Shown here: positions 13,393-27,689 of the stretch, piece after piece
Layout: each line of letters opens with the position of its first letter
How positions within the stretch are numbered: position 1 is the stretch's first letter
Assembly: GCF_006345805.1 (NCBI RefSeq)
Contig: NC_043005.1
Span: forward strand, 50,530,001-50,594,000
Direction: 5' to 3'
DNA length: 64,000 bases
Origin: Octopus sinensis
Lineage: Eukaryota
Made by a program: the position numbers and the translations under genes
The notes under the pieces: generated by a model
The model's database searches: none
Seen by the model: the letters and a program-made list of their open reading frames with translations, nothing else
Told to the model about the DNA's origin: nothing

Positions 13393-13921
13393 TATATATA
13401 TACACACATACATATATATGGATATATTTACACGCACACAAACACTTACACATATACACAGACATATGCACACAGTCAAATGGAGTATACACATACTAAA
13501 ATGATGGTTGGTGAAGTTTGAGTAATGTACAGAGCGATATGTGCTATAATTAGAAAAATATTGATGATTATTGAATATTATCTAATAATGAGAAAAGAAA
13601 CATGAATAAATAAAGTGTTACCAAAATGTGTGTGTGTGTGTGTGTGTGTGTGTTGTGTGTGTGTGTGTGCGTGTGTGTGAGAGAAATTACATTCATACAC
13701 ACACATATGCCTATACACATCCATACAAGTGCATGGACAGAAAATTACAAACCAACGTATATAGCATCACACGTACATGTGTCTGTGTGTGTATGTGACT
13801 GTGCACGAGCTTACTTGCACATTGATACTTATATATATATATATAATATATATATATCTATATATGCATGCACATACAATACTCACATTGTTACGCATAC
13901 GTATATGAATAAATATACGTT

Positions 13922-13959
<38 letters not shown>

Positions 13960-14040
13960 TATATATATATGTACATATATACATATATATGCCATGTGCT
14001 CGAGTGTGTCTATATATACATACATACACACACACACACT

Positions 14041-14075
<35 letters not shown>

Positions 14076-14139
14076 TATATATACAGTATACTTAGATACT
14101 TATGCCTTTACATATGCACACGTGTGTATGTTGTGTATG

Positions 14140-14193
<54 letters not shown>

Positions 14194-14657
14194 CAACAAG
14201 TTTGTATACTCTTTTGGCTATATGTACCTCCATAACCCCGAGGCACTAAAGCACTCTCATCTGTGTAACGTGACGATGGAGTCGGTACACGATATACAAT
14301 TATACAATCAATGTGTAACCAGTAATATTTCTAATTAACTAATTAGTTTACTATACAGCAAATGCAGAAAATGTTTCATATATATTGTATTAACTTTTAT
14401 ATTTCATTTTTCAGAAGTGCATATTTATTATCATTATTTCAATTTCATAAATAAAGAAAGAAATACTTAATTAAGACATTTTCGTACAGTAATATGAATC
14501 TTCCATTAAAACATTGAAACTGAGCGCCTGATGCGTCTTTCATTTTTAGAGAATCATAAAGAATAACGAAGTGTGAGAACACCCACTCATATGCAACGGA
14601 TATATTTACTTGTCTATCGAATACATAATCCATTTATCAGACTGATTCTCCGTAAAA

Positions 14658-14872
14658 GGCGGCGAGCTGGCAGAATCGTTACCATGCCGGGCAAAATGCT
14701 TAGCAGCATTTCGTCTGTCTTTACATTTTGAATTCAAATTCCACCGAGGTTGAATTTGCCTTTCATCCTTTTGGGGTTCATAAAATAAGTACCAATGAAA
14801 CACTGGGGTCGATATAATCGACTATTCCCTTCCCCCGAAATTTTAGGTCTTGTGCCTAGAGTAGAAAGGAAT
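14658..14872 (+). mobile_element. SINE group A
   Basis: Starts GGCGGCGAGCTGGCAGAATCGTT and has the group A core. Confidence 0.9.
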
Positions 14873-14952
14873 CTATCTCTCCATATAAACGTGCGCGTAC
14901 ACACATAAAGGGACATAAAATTAAGATATATTTAGAGATGCATATATATATA

Positions 14953-15340
14953 ACTAGCCAGTTATCGCCGGCGTTGCTAGGTTTGTAAGGGAAATAACTA
15001 TAAAGCATTTTTAGAGAGTTATAGCCAAAAATAGCACAAAATAGAAAAAAAATGATAGAGTAAATTTTTTTTTGAGAGTAAAAAAACCAGGTTGAGTTGC
15101 GTCCCCTAGACAGTCTGTGTGTTTATTTTTTGATTCCGAAACCAGCGAATTTATCGATTTTTTTCAGAACTGGGGGAACTTTTCAAAATTTTCGCTGCGT
15201 TAGTTTGAATTATGACATTGGGTATGTGTGTGTCAAGTTTCATCAGAATCGGTGGAAAGCCGTGGTCAGGGGAGGGTACGAGAAAACAGACACACAGAAA
15301 AACGCACAGACAAACTGCGTTTTTTATATGAGAGAGAGAT
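14953..15340 (-). mobile_element. Non-autonomous Helitron-like element
   Basis: Minus strand starts ATC..ATATAAAAAACGCAGTTTGTCTGTG and ends CGCCGGCGATAACTGGCTAGT; same terminal style as 19258-20850. Confidence 0.5.
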
Positions 15341-15354
15341 ATATATACACATAC

Positions 15355-15597
15355 ATGTGCGTGGTACCTTGAGCAAGCGTCTTCTTCTATAAGCCTCGGG
15401 TCGATCGAAGCCTTGTGAATGGGTTTGGTAGACTGTGACTGAAAGAAGCCTGTCGTATATATATGTGTGTGTGTGTATTTGCTATTTTTGCCTGCTTGTC
15501 CTCACACCATCTCTTGACAACTGATGTTGATGCGTTCACGTCCCTGTCACTTAGCAGTTCGCCAAAAAGTGATCGATAGAATAAATACTAGGCTTAA
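15355..15597 (+). mobile_element. SINE group B, partial
   Basis: GTGGTACCTTGAGCAAGCGTCTTC...GAAAGAAGCCTGTCG...CACTTAGCAGTTCG. Confidence 0.85.
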
Positions 15598-15603
15598 ATG
15601 TAT

Positions 15604-15638
<35 letters not shown>

Positions 15639-15725
15639 ATATATATATATATATACATATAGTATATGTGCGCGTGTGTATATATATATATATTCACACA
15701 CTCACATATATGTACATATACACGA

Positions 15726-15759
<34 letters not shown>

Positions 15760-16289
15760 GGATGTATATTATTCAAAGAAATTCCAACTCTGTTTTTTAT
15801 GTTTTATTTATATTCTTTATAATATTAATGTAGAATATATAGTATAAATAATATATATATATAGTAAAATAAAATGAAGTATTGATTGTCTTATTGAATA
15901 GATGAAATATTGAATATAAAATATTAAGGGACTAGTATACTTTCTTGCATTATAGCAGTCTTCAAGGTCCCATACATACATAGATATGCATGTATATATG
16001 TATATATACATGCTTATATGTATACATCCACAAGCAACACACGTATATGCATGTGTAATTTTATACATGTGCGTGCAGGTACGTGTGAGTGTGTTCAAAC
16101 CCACGCACATATATGAAAGCAGACATTTTTCTTTCATGTTACACGAATATACACCCTGCAGAACTTTGCATCTGCGTTTGTGTCTCTACTTGTGTGTGTA
16201 ATGATAATTTTTACATACGATTATGTAAAAACATCAGACAGTAGAACTAAAGGATGCTTCTCTTTCTCTTTTACTGTCTCTCTCTTCTG

Positions 16290-16329
<40 letters not shown>

Positions 16330-16388
16330 CCTATCTATCTATCTATCTATCGATCGATCGATCTGTATATGTATATACGTGATATAAG

Positions 16389-16419
<31 letters not shown>

Positions 16420-16429
16420 CTATATATAT

Positions 16430-16468
<39 letters not shown>

Positions 16469-17204
16469 CTTTCTCCGTATAATATCTCTCTCTCTCTATC
16501 TACCTATAACTTCTATCTTTTTCAATTACCTTCATTCTTCGTATCTTTTTCTACTTTTTTTTCCGCCTTAACTTTGTTTGCCTTCGGCTGCTTGTTTGAA
16601 AGTAAATGAGGTTTCTTATCACGTTATAGTTGACGCATTAAAGAGTAAATATTCCGGGTATAGACATTCTTTTCTAGCAAGAAATACGTAAAAAATAAAT
16701 AAATAAAAGCTAAAATAAAATTAAAACTCCACGTGAAAAAAAAAATCCATGTCATCAAGTGATTTTTAAATAAGAAAGAAATCCACAGCGACAATGAACA
16801 AAAAATAAATTATATGAAATAATAAATATAACAGTCAGAATCAAAGACAAACTCGCGAAATGGCAACGAGCACAGAGTACAAAATATTATTGATGCATAG
16901 AATACTTGTACTTAGTTACATTGCAATCATTTTCGCAGCGGGTTGTGGAAGGTATTTACCATATGCTTTACGTGGTTATTACTTTTTTCTTTCATATAAG
17001 GGTGCTGTTATACCAGCGTTGTTAGTATTATTTTTGTTTTGGTTTTTGTTGAGACCTATGTCAGGCCCCATCAGGTATATCTGTTGTCAAAAGCGTTTCA
17101 GTCGTGGCTACTTCGACTTTTAAGGGAATGCCTAAATCTGTATTATGTAATGTAACCGTTTCTGTCTTAGTAAGGTGTTATTAATATTTACCGTTTATCT
17201 TTTC

Positions 17205-17385
17205 AGTTATTTCAGTCATTAGATCGCGGCCATGCTGGAACTGAAGAATTTAGTCGAAGAAGTTGTCCCCAGTACGTAATTATGTTTTTAAGCCTGGTAA
17301 TTATTCTATCGAACTGCTAAGTTACGGGGCATATAAACTAACCAGCATCGAGTGTCAAGCATTGGTGAGGGACAAACACAGACAC
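17205..17385 (-). mobile_element. SINE group B, 3' half
   Basis: Reverse complement of the group B tail. Confidence 0.8.
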
Positions 17386-18959
17386 ACGTATATATATACA
17401 TACATACATACATACATACATAAATGCATATATACATTTACATACATACAAACAAATATACGTATACACAACAGACTTCGCTGCGCCTATTTGTTTGTTT
17501 GTGTGTGTATGTGTGTGTGTGTGTGCGTATGTGTTCGTGTGTGTATGTGTGTGCCTGTGCTTGTGTCTGTGTAGCATACATTTTGTAAACTGCATCCTTT
17601 ACTAATAGGTTCCAGCGATTCATCTACAGGTTCATAGTCGCTACTTTCATGATGTCGAGAGCAACAGAGAGTGTATTTGCGATTCGGGAGGCATAACCAT
17701 CACACGACGAATTGGAGGATTTGTCTGCAGCGGCTTATCAGCAATTATCTTGCTGGCTTGTATATATTTTGCCGATACACGCACACACAGACATACACAG
17801 GTGCACACGGACTAACACAAGCACAAAGAGACGGGATCTCACAGTCGGTCTCACACATATCACGTTTATGTATAAGTATGACGAGATTCCGCACAGTGTC
17901 TGGCTACGAAATTCCACTTACAAATATTGTTCCATCTGAAACTGTTGTAGATGGCACTAGACATACATTCTTTCTAGACGAAGATTTTATTTTCTCATAT
18001 ATTACCTGATGGAAGACAGGATAAGGTATTCAGAATAATGAAATGCTATCGGAGAGAATGATATCCGGAGCTCAAAATATTTGCTTCCGTTTCTTTCTCT
18101 TGATATTCCATTTCTCTTTAGGATGGTATATCGAATCGCCGAGCCAGAATAATTACGAAGAATTACTTTTATAACCTTTGTTTTTGTTTGATAAATCGCC
18201 GAAGACAAACTTCTGTTGCATCACCAGCTGTCTTTTCAATCAGTCTTTTTGTAAATGGTGTGATAAAAATCCCTCATATAATTTTCACTCGATGTCCTGA
18301 ACATTCATAATAGAGGTCTTGGCAGGTACATGAAAGGATGGAATCAACACGTTTGTATTTAACCACACAGCCTTTAATCTTGATTAAAACAAAATTATAG
18401 CTGTATCAGTAAACATTGATTTAATGCAGAAATTCGTAGTTATTGGGTTGATATTTTACTAAACAATTCCATGTAAAAGAGTTAATATGAATATTCCTTA
18501 TGATCATTATTGTTTCGATGTATTCCATTCAAAAACAATTCGACAAAAGTTGGTAGACTAGTGCGCGTGTAGACGTGTGGCTCAGTGTTTTGTGAGTGAG
18601 GCCCACGACCATGAGCGTTATTCTTAAACCAAACGGTAGCAAATTTTCTCCTTCAGTGAAGCTCTTCCCTTCTCATGAATCAAGTATACTAAACTGAATA
18701 GAATAAGGAGTCTATAGTGGGACAGCACCCTCTACATCAAATTATGATATTCTGGATGTTTCATTGTGTCGAGGGAGGGCCGGCCGATAGGGAATCTAAT
18801 TCTCCTCACAGCTACATAGGCACTTAAGACAATTAGCATGGTATACGCTACCATGTCATACGCATTTGGTAATGACGGCTACATGTATATATGTGTATGT
18901 ATGTATGTATGTATGTATGTATGTATGTATGTATGTATGTATGTATAATGTCGATCTCA

Positions 18960-19240
18960 CAATTAGGTAGCGTGTTCGAGCCCCGGATCGGGCTGTGTGC
19001 TATGTTCTTGAGCAGGACATGTTATTTCACGTTGTTCCTATTCACTCAGCTATAGAAATGAGTTGCAAAGTCACTGGTGCCAAGCTGTATCAGCCTTTGT
19101 CTTTCCCAGTGGCATGGAGAAGAGAAGATTGTATGCATAGGCGACTGCTGGTCTTTCATAAACAACCTTGCTCGAACTTGTGGATCAGAGGGTAACTTTC
19201 TAGGTGCAATCCCATGGCCATCAATGAGCGAAGTGGGGTC
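18960..19240 (+). mobile_element. tRNA-derived SINE (group C-like head)
   Basis: GTTCGAGCCC B box, then GTG..CTTGAGCA.GAC...TATTTCACGTTG as in 45585 and 59010. Confidence 0.7.
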
Positions 19241-19257
19241 TTTTCCCTTTATGCATG

Positions 19258-20850
19258 TAATATATAAATGGCAATTTCTGTCTGTCTTTTACCATCTTAG
19301 TGCCCAAACCAGGGAACCAATATTCACGAAATTTTGCATACATGTTACACTAACATCCAGTTCAATAACAGGCTATTTGGATTTCAATAAAAATCTATAA
19401 TGCCCCCAGAGGCGTTGGGAGAATTATATGATAAAATGAGAAAGCTGCAAAAATATTAGTCGGGGTAAAGGTAATAGCAGAGTGAGGGTGACTTATATCA
19501 GTGAAAGCGAGAATAACAGTGGCAATGAGACGTTACCGTTAATATAGCTGTCATATACGCGCGATGTTGCATGCATTCTTTCGTAAATACATAGATACAA
19601 CGCACACTACACACAAAAGGTGGGTGAGAGGAATACGTAGCTTTAAGGAGAGAGGGGTAGGTAAATTTTCTGCTGTCCATCTCAAAGAAACACTCACACA
19701 AACACACACGCATACATATATATACATATATACGTACATACATATGCCAACTATGCACCATTTTAAATACGGGATTATCTGTGTATACGTTTGTAAATTT
19801 GTGTATGTGTGTGTCATGTTCTATCAATGTCTGTCTCTCTACTTTTCTAGAGTCTTCCCCTGTTGCTGTCACATATTGTGAGATTTTAAAATTATGTCAA
19901 AATTATCAAATTTAGTTTATTCAAAAAATTATCCACGTTAAATCCGATTTTGTTATTTATTTGTTCCTAATATTCAGTTGAATTATAGGCGAATTGGATT
20001 TCAATAAAATTCTATAATGGGCCCCCTAAGGAGGAGATGGGACTGTAGCATATGTTCACAAACTGCGATAAGCGACAACGCCAGCTACAGTACGCGGACT
20101 ATTTGTCAATGTATTTGTAAATCTATCTATTTATCTAATTTATTTTACTCAGATGCATATTCGTTTGTTAAAATAATATAGGGGCATTCCTTATTCGCCC
20201 ACTAATCGAATTAATAGTTTGCAATACCTATTTTTAGCAATAAACTATTACCATAAACGACGGGTTGAGCATAAAGACGGGAACTGAACAGGAAACAGGA
20301 TATAAAGGGAATAGTGTAATGGTAAACGGAACAGGGGATAACTAATATTTAATGGCTTAATTACACCTAACTGATTCTAAAATTTATATATTGATATAAG
20401 ATTGAGGATAGGAATGGGAGCGGAACTAAAACGGGAACTGGACAGAGAACAGGATAGGATTTGGAGCAGTGTAATGGTAAACGAGAACTGGGAATAACCC
20501 CTGCTTTCCCGGTATTACCGGTCAACTCATTTATTTTACTAAAATGCATATTCGTTTGTTAAAATAACATAGGGGCATTCCTTGTTCGCCCAACTAATCG
20601 TATTAATAGTTTGTAATACCTATTTTTAACAATAAACTATTATCATAAATGTAAATAAAATACTTAATGGCTTAATTACACTTAATTGATCCTAAAATTT
20701 ATATATTGACATAAGATTGGGGATAAGAATGGGAGCGGAACTAAAACTGGGACTGAAAAGGGAACAGAATAGGGTATGAAACAGGGTAATGGGAATGGAA
20801 GCTAGAAATAATCCCCGCTTTTCTGGGTATTACCGGGTAATTCAGCTAGT
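19258..20850 (+). mobile_element. Non-autonomous Helitron-like element with duplicated 3' part
   Basis: 5' TAATATATAAATGGCAATTTCTGTCTGTC; 3' CCGGGTAATTCAGCTAGT abutting (AT)n; ~390-bp tandem duplication at 20139-20850. Confidence 0.5.
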
Positions 20851-21231
20851 ATATATATATATTATATATATAATATTATATATATATTATAATTATTATA
20901 TTATATATATATATATATATTATATATTATATATCGATGGACAGTTAATTTCTTTCTAGAGTTGTAAGAGACGCCGAGGCTCCATCCTTACATACGTTGA
21001 GATATGGGCATTTTTGATATTATGTATGTATGTATGTATGTATGTATGTATGTATGTATGTATTATGTATGTATGTATGTATGTATCTATCTATCTATCT
21101 ATCTATCTATATTTTAAACGTAGCAGAAAGAACATTATTCTCCAAGTTTGGCTATAACGCCTTCTACAAAAAGCAGTGAAAGAGATAAATAGAAAGAGTT
21201 TAGAGAAAGAGAAGAATAGAGTCCAGTAGCG

Positions 21232-21340
21232 AACTGGTACGTTACTTATCGACCATGGAAGGATGAAAGATAAAATTGACCTCGGTAGAATTTTAAACAT
21301 GGAACGCGGGGAGCAGAACAGTTACAGCAAAGCTTTCTGT
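21232..21340 (-). mobile_element. SINE group A fragment
   Basis: Reverse complement gives AAAATTCTACCGAGGTCAATTTTATCTTTCATCCTTCC. Confidence 0.65.
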
Positions 21341-21919
21341 CCACCGTTCTAACGCCTTTGCAAACTGGCCTACTGTCTGTCTCTCTCTTTCTCTCTGTGT
21401 GTATATGTGTGTGAGTATGTATATATACAGATACGCATACACATAAGCACACATACCACACACATACACAAACATATTGTCATAGATAGATGGAGAGACA
21501 GACAGAGAGAGAAATTGAGGTTGTTTGTTACTAGGAACAAAACGACAGCAGCTTCTGTCACAATAGTGCTAACTGTATTTGAAAATAATTGCTGCAGCAA
21601 GGGTTATTAAATAATACAAACAATCACACACACACACCACACACACACACACACACTCACACATACATACGCACAAACAAACACACACATGCAGATACAC
21701 ACATTTTCGTTACGAGCGACGGTAACAGTACTAGTTCAAAATAGCATGCTGTATATCACAAATTCACTGATAAGCTGTCGAAAGAATAGAAACTCCAAGA
21801 GTAACACTATATGTCCATAAAAGTTGCTTTCTCGAGGATATCGCAGTTTCTAGATTTTCAACAATATATCTGCTTTAAGAATGATAAACAGACACATACA
21901 CATGCACACACACACATCC

Positions 21920-21962
<43 letters not shown>

Positions 21963-21970
21963 TACACACC

Positions 21971-22020
<50 letters not shown>

Positions 22021-22175
22021 TATATACACACACACACATATATATATATACACATTGTACATAAAATTACATTGGTCTTAGTTTCAGTTTGACCTTAGGA
22101 ACGTGGTTACTCGAAAGGAAGTAGAACAGGTGAGAAGGAGAGAGAGAAAGGCAGAGACAGAGAGAGAATACCAGG

Positions 22176-22213
<38 letters not shown>

Positions 22214-22906
22214 AAAATGATGAAATGGTTGGTAGATAAGTGCAAAGGAGAAATAGACAGAAATATAGAGTGAAAACTAAGAGGAAGAAAGTAAAATTAA
22301 ATCTTGAATATTATACGAACGTTTCTCTGGTAAAAGAAGCAGACGATATCAAAATACGTTGTTTCTGCGACAAATGAATAAGGAGGAGAAGGAGGAAGGG
22401 GAGGAAAACGAGAGAATAAGAGAGAAAAGAAAAGAGCAACAATAACATCGTGTAGAACAGCCACAGCAACAACAACAATAACAACAATAACAACAACAAC
22501 AACAACAACAACGAAAGTTAATGACGACGAAGCTGTAGAGAATCAACAAAAGACGAGGAAGAAGTTGCAGATGTATTAATAGAAATATCAAAATTCTTTT
22601 ATGTAAACTTGCAGTTTGTTCTTTATCAACATATTGATATAATTCTAGCCATTTTAAAACCAATTCCTTTTCGACGCTTTCGTAATACAACGTATATTTT
22701 TGCATATTTATTATGATATTATTTTGATATATAATATGATATCGTTTATAGACAGATGTACAAACACACGCATTCACGGATGTGTATATACACATACACA
22801 CTCATACACACACATTGTGTATGTATGCATATACATATATGTATATATATATAAATATATATATTTATATATATACATTTTTATACTTATCTACATATAT
22901 ACACGC

Positions 22907-22938
<32 letters not shown>

Positions 22939-23087
22939 ATACACGCACATACACGCATATAATATTATATGTATAATATATACACGCACATATATACATT
23001 ATGTGCATATATATATACGTATATATATAATATATATATAATATATATATTATATATTATACATATATATATATATCTATATATTAT

Positions 23088-23124
<37 letters not shown>

Positions 23125-24189
23125 TTGCACATAGTATATATATATATATGCACATACGTATACATATTATATATATAATATATACACATAGAAGCACCAC
23201 ACACACGCACATATATATATATATTATATATATATATATATATATTCATTTCACAACATTGCACGTATGCGTGCGCGTGTTTGTGTGTTTATATATTCAC
23301 ATGCTTAGACTGAAGTACCTAAAAGAAGTTCCATTGCTACACCATATCATTGCCTTCTTTCTCTTACGTTCTTCTCAACAATAATGGCGGAAAAACATTT
23401 GCAGCATTTTGATTGGCTGAAGCTACGCTTGACTGTTTCAATTTGATTCTAGTTACTTCAAGCAGTAATTGTATAATTTGATATTTCTGCTGTTGCAATT
23501 CCCTTGTTATTTCAATTCTATATTTATTTAATTTTGTAAAGGGAGTTTCACTTCAAGGAATTTGTGAATAAGTCTGTCTGAGCGCATGCGTGCGTAAAGC
23601 CGACATATATGTGTGTGTGTTGAATATACTGCCTTGCGTTTTTGTGAGTACGTTTGTTCCTCTGCGTGTATGTGTGCTTGTATTTTTATGTACGTGGTTG
23701 TGACGAAGTAATTGCTATAAATCTCTTATCTTCGATTATTATCTTTATTGTTAGCACAGTCACATTATCCAAAACTGGGTATTTGGAATTGATTGTCCTA
23801 AATTTCAATGATTTCTTTCTAAAACTTCTTTTAACTATAGTTAGGCTTAATAAGGATAAACAGTTTTTATTCTTTTGCCTCATTTTTTCATCACCAACCA
23901 ACCAACCAGCCAGCCAACTAACCAAACGACCATCCGACAAGCCATGTTGAACTAGAAGCTAACAACGGAACTTCTTCGAAGTCATGCGACGTGCTAAAAA
24001 TGGTCCCAAATCACCCTCAAATCATAGCCTTACGTCTTAAAGAAGGAAGGAAATATTGGATAATCTAGTCCTACGTACATTGCGCCAGAATAAAAGATGA
24101 GATTCTTCATTCTTTCATTCTTTTAATGGTTTCAGTCATTGGACTGCGGCCATGCTGGAGCACAGCCTTAACTTATTTTTTATCGGTTT

Positions 24190-24420
24190 TGTTGTCGGTT
24201 TATGGCAGGAAGTTAGTCTATAATTTAGTCGGTAGCAGCTAATATTCCCTGAGTGCATCCTCAAATGGTTGGCATGTCTGGAATCGTTAAGTGCTTATCC
24301 AATGCTTTTTCAATGATTCAGTAGAGATTCATTTTGTTTTTCTGATTCCTTTAGGTAGGCCGTTGAACAGTTGAGGGCCTTTAAGTATCAGATTGTGGAT
24401 CAACTCATCAATACTCACGA
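24190..24420 (-). mobile_element. CR1-like LINE 3' fragment
   Basis: Minus reading KGPQLFNGLPKGIR...LKK.LDKHL.IPDMP resembles the conserved C-terminus of CR1-group ORF2. Confidence 0.7.
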
Positions 24421-25123
24421 GCCTAAAAAATGGAACACTAACAGTACGACTAACACCACTACCATTAATAACAACACAATCAACATCACCTCCACTGTCA
24501 ACATCATCAACAGCACCAAGGAGGAAGCTCCTTTATCCGGTTAATTAAAAGATTAGATTTTGCAGCCAGATACACACGAATGATACACAATCGTCTTGAA
24601 AGAAGGAGCCCTGTCTATTGCTTAGACACACTGTATTTGAAAGGACTAAGCGGAGCAGGAGGATGCACGTGGACAGAAAAGTTCACTGAAGAGGTCACAT
24701 ATGTCTAACGAAAGATTTCCAGACGATGGACATGAGATAAAATAATGAACAGTAAACTAGTGAAGAACAAATAAATAGTGCGTGTTCTGTATTTGGCAGA
24801 AAAAGCGACCGTCCCAAAATATAACAATATATATTCAACTTACGATGAAAGTAAACAAAGTTTGCTTTAGAAGCGTTGAGATGTATTGAAAGATGCAGAA
24901 ATAATTTATTCTCAAACGCATAATAATGCATGAACAGGATAAACTATACATATATCCCAGAAAAAATTCGTTACTGGCCAGCCATGTGACTCGAACTCAC
25001 ATATCTGTGATTACGCGCCAGCTACTTTAACTTTAAACTAAACTGACCAGTAATGAATTGCTCTGCAATTTCAGGATTTATAAATCTAACTTTACAAGAC
25101 GTTAACGTTAAATTCAACTTACG

Positions 25124-25223
25124 NNNNNNNNNNNNNNNNNNNNNNNNNNNNNNNNNNNNNNNNNNNNNNNNNNNNNNNNNNNNNNNNNNNNNNNNNNNNN
25201 NNNNNNNNNNNNNNNNNNNNNNN
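25124..25223. other. Assembly gap (100 N)
   Basis: Run of N. Confidence 1.
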
Positions 25224-25225
25224 GT

Positions 25226-25265
<40 letters not shown>

Positions 25266-25371
25266 GGTATTCATAACGTAAATTACTGAAAACAGATGTG
25301 AACGTTTGAGCCTAAGTATGTGCTTGTGTGTGTATACAAGCGCGCACACTTATATATGTATGTATGTATGC

Positions 25372-25404
<33 letters not shown>

Positions 25405-25564
25405 TGTATGTATGTATGTATGTATATATACACGTATGGTTAGACACACACACATGCGTAGCACTCACGCATATGCAGATATGTATGCGCAGATATTTTT
25501 ATACACATGACTGTATATGAACGCAAGTATATATATATATATATATATATTTTGTCTATGTATG

Positions 25565-25609
<45 letters not shown>

Positions 25610-25649
25610 ATATTATATTATTATTATATTATATTATTATCTATTATTA

Positions 25650-25700
<51 letters not shown>

Positions 25701-25949
25701 CATTCAAATTTCAACAATAAAGAATGGTGTCTCCAGCGGGAGACAAGGTTCTTGTCAATAGAAATTTGGCAACAGTAACAAGGAGAACGACTTCAACTGC
25801 AGCTGCTAAAGCAAGACCTATGCCGGAATATGAGAATCTGGCATCGTATTACCGTTTCATTCGTGTATGCATAGGTGCCTCAGAGTGTCCGTATAAATGC
25901 GTTGATATGATTTTTAACATGTATGTATATATGTATTCATGCCTCTATG

Positions 25950-25983
<34 letters not shown>

Positions 25984-26383
25984 TGTATGTATGTATGTAT
26001 GTATGTATGTATGTATGATGTATGTATGTATGTATGTATGTATGTATGTATGTATGTATGCATGCATGTATGTATGTATGTATGTATGTATGTATGTATG
26101 TATGTATGTATGCATTTTTGTGTCTATATGTTTGCTTGCATGTATGCATGCATGGACGGATGGATTGCTGGACGGATGTATGTATGTATTGATGTGTGTG
26201 TGTGTGTGTGTGTGGTGTGTGCATGTATGTATGCGTGTGTGCATGTATGTATGCATGTATGCATGCGTACTTATGGATGGGTGTTTGGATGTATATGTAA
26301 TTATGCGTATGCATCTATGAAAGAATGAATGTGAATTATTATTTCAATTTTCAAAGCAAATATACATACATACGTAATACTAT

Positions 26384-26444
<61 letters not shown>

Positions 26445-26553
26445 ATGTATGTATGTATGTATGCATGTGTATGTATAGATATATAGATATATAAATATGT
26501 ATGTATTTGTCTATGTATGTATATATACATATATGTATATATATGCGTGTATA

Positions 26554-26630
<77 letters not shown>

Positions 26631-26989
26631 TATATATATATACATATACATAAATATGCATATACATATATACTTAATTCATATATACAATGATCATGAT
26701 ATCTGGGACAATAAAAATCTGCAAGGTATTCTTAAAATTTAAAGGAAGGTGAACAAAATAAGATGCTTTCCTGTTTAACCTTGCTACCAAACTGGTGGCT
26801 GGTCAAAATTTATTCTAAATGAAAAAGAGGACAAGCAAATAAACATATGTACGTACCTATGTACTAGCTTATGTACATGCATTTATACAAATAATCCATG
26901 AATATCATAGACGATGTGGGTTCCAGCCCAACGGGCAATTTTTTCAACCTATTTTTTACATGCTGTTTTCCCTTCCTTTATCTAAAGTG

Positions 26990-27120
26990 GCAAACAAATA
27001 GAATTGTTAGCAGGCTGGACAAAATGCTAAATGGCATCTCTTCCGGTTTTTTACGTTCGGAGTTCAGATTTCGCCGAGATTGACTAAGCCTGTCATCTTT
27101 TCGTGGCGATAAAATAAGTA
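26990..27120 (+). mobile_element. SINE group A, diverged
   Basis: TTAGCAGGCTGGACAAAATGC...GAGTTCAGATTTCGCCGAG...GATAAAATAAGTAC. Confidence 0.75.
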
Positions 27121-27689
27121 CGCACGCACACACATACAAACACACACTAAGTTGAAGCACTAAAATTTAGTGCGGTATTATCCGTACAACTTCAAAATAA
27201 GATGAATAAAAATCAAAATAAGCAACAGGATACCCAGGGGTGATGCAGTACGACCGTTTCAAGCGGTTCCATTTAATTGATCAAGGCAATCATTACATCG
27301 ATTTAAATGCAGAGCTATCCTCAGCTGCATAAATAAATAGTATATTTTTAATCAGTCGAACACATTTGTATAATTTTACTTAAATCCTTTAAGGGGGTAA
27401 GAAGACAGACAAAGTCTATGTTGTTGTCACTTCAGCTTAGAAGTTTCTAAGACATCTGGAAAAAATCTGTTTGGGTCATAGCTTGTCACTGATTTTGGTT
27501 CAGTTTTAATTTATTAGTCTTGTTTATCAAATCTTTGTATATCAAATTTAAAACTAGAGAATAGTGTCTGTTAGGAAAGGGCATGAGACAGTTGACAGAA
27601 TCATAATGGATGTAATCATAAAACTTGTCAAGATTATTTTGAAGTAGTATAAATTAACTGGCGATAATGATGAGATTGGGTAATGGAAG

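Noticed and set aside
23383-23592. Promoter-like motif trio (AATGGCGG, GATTGG, GCGCATGCG)
   Set aside because: Short motifs expected by chance; no downstream gene and no CpG-rich context.
25724-25920. Unique N-terminal part of ORF 25724-26320
   Set aside because: No recognisable motif, and the frame runs into (TATG)n.
27240-27290. Minus-strand TTGATCA...GAAACGGTC
   Set aside because: The core deviates at two positions and stem I does not pair.
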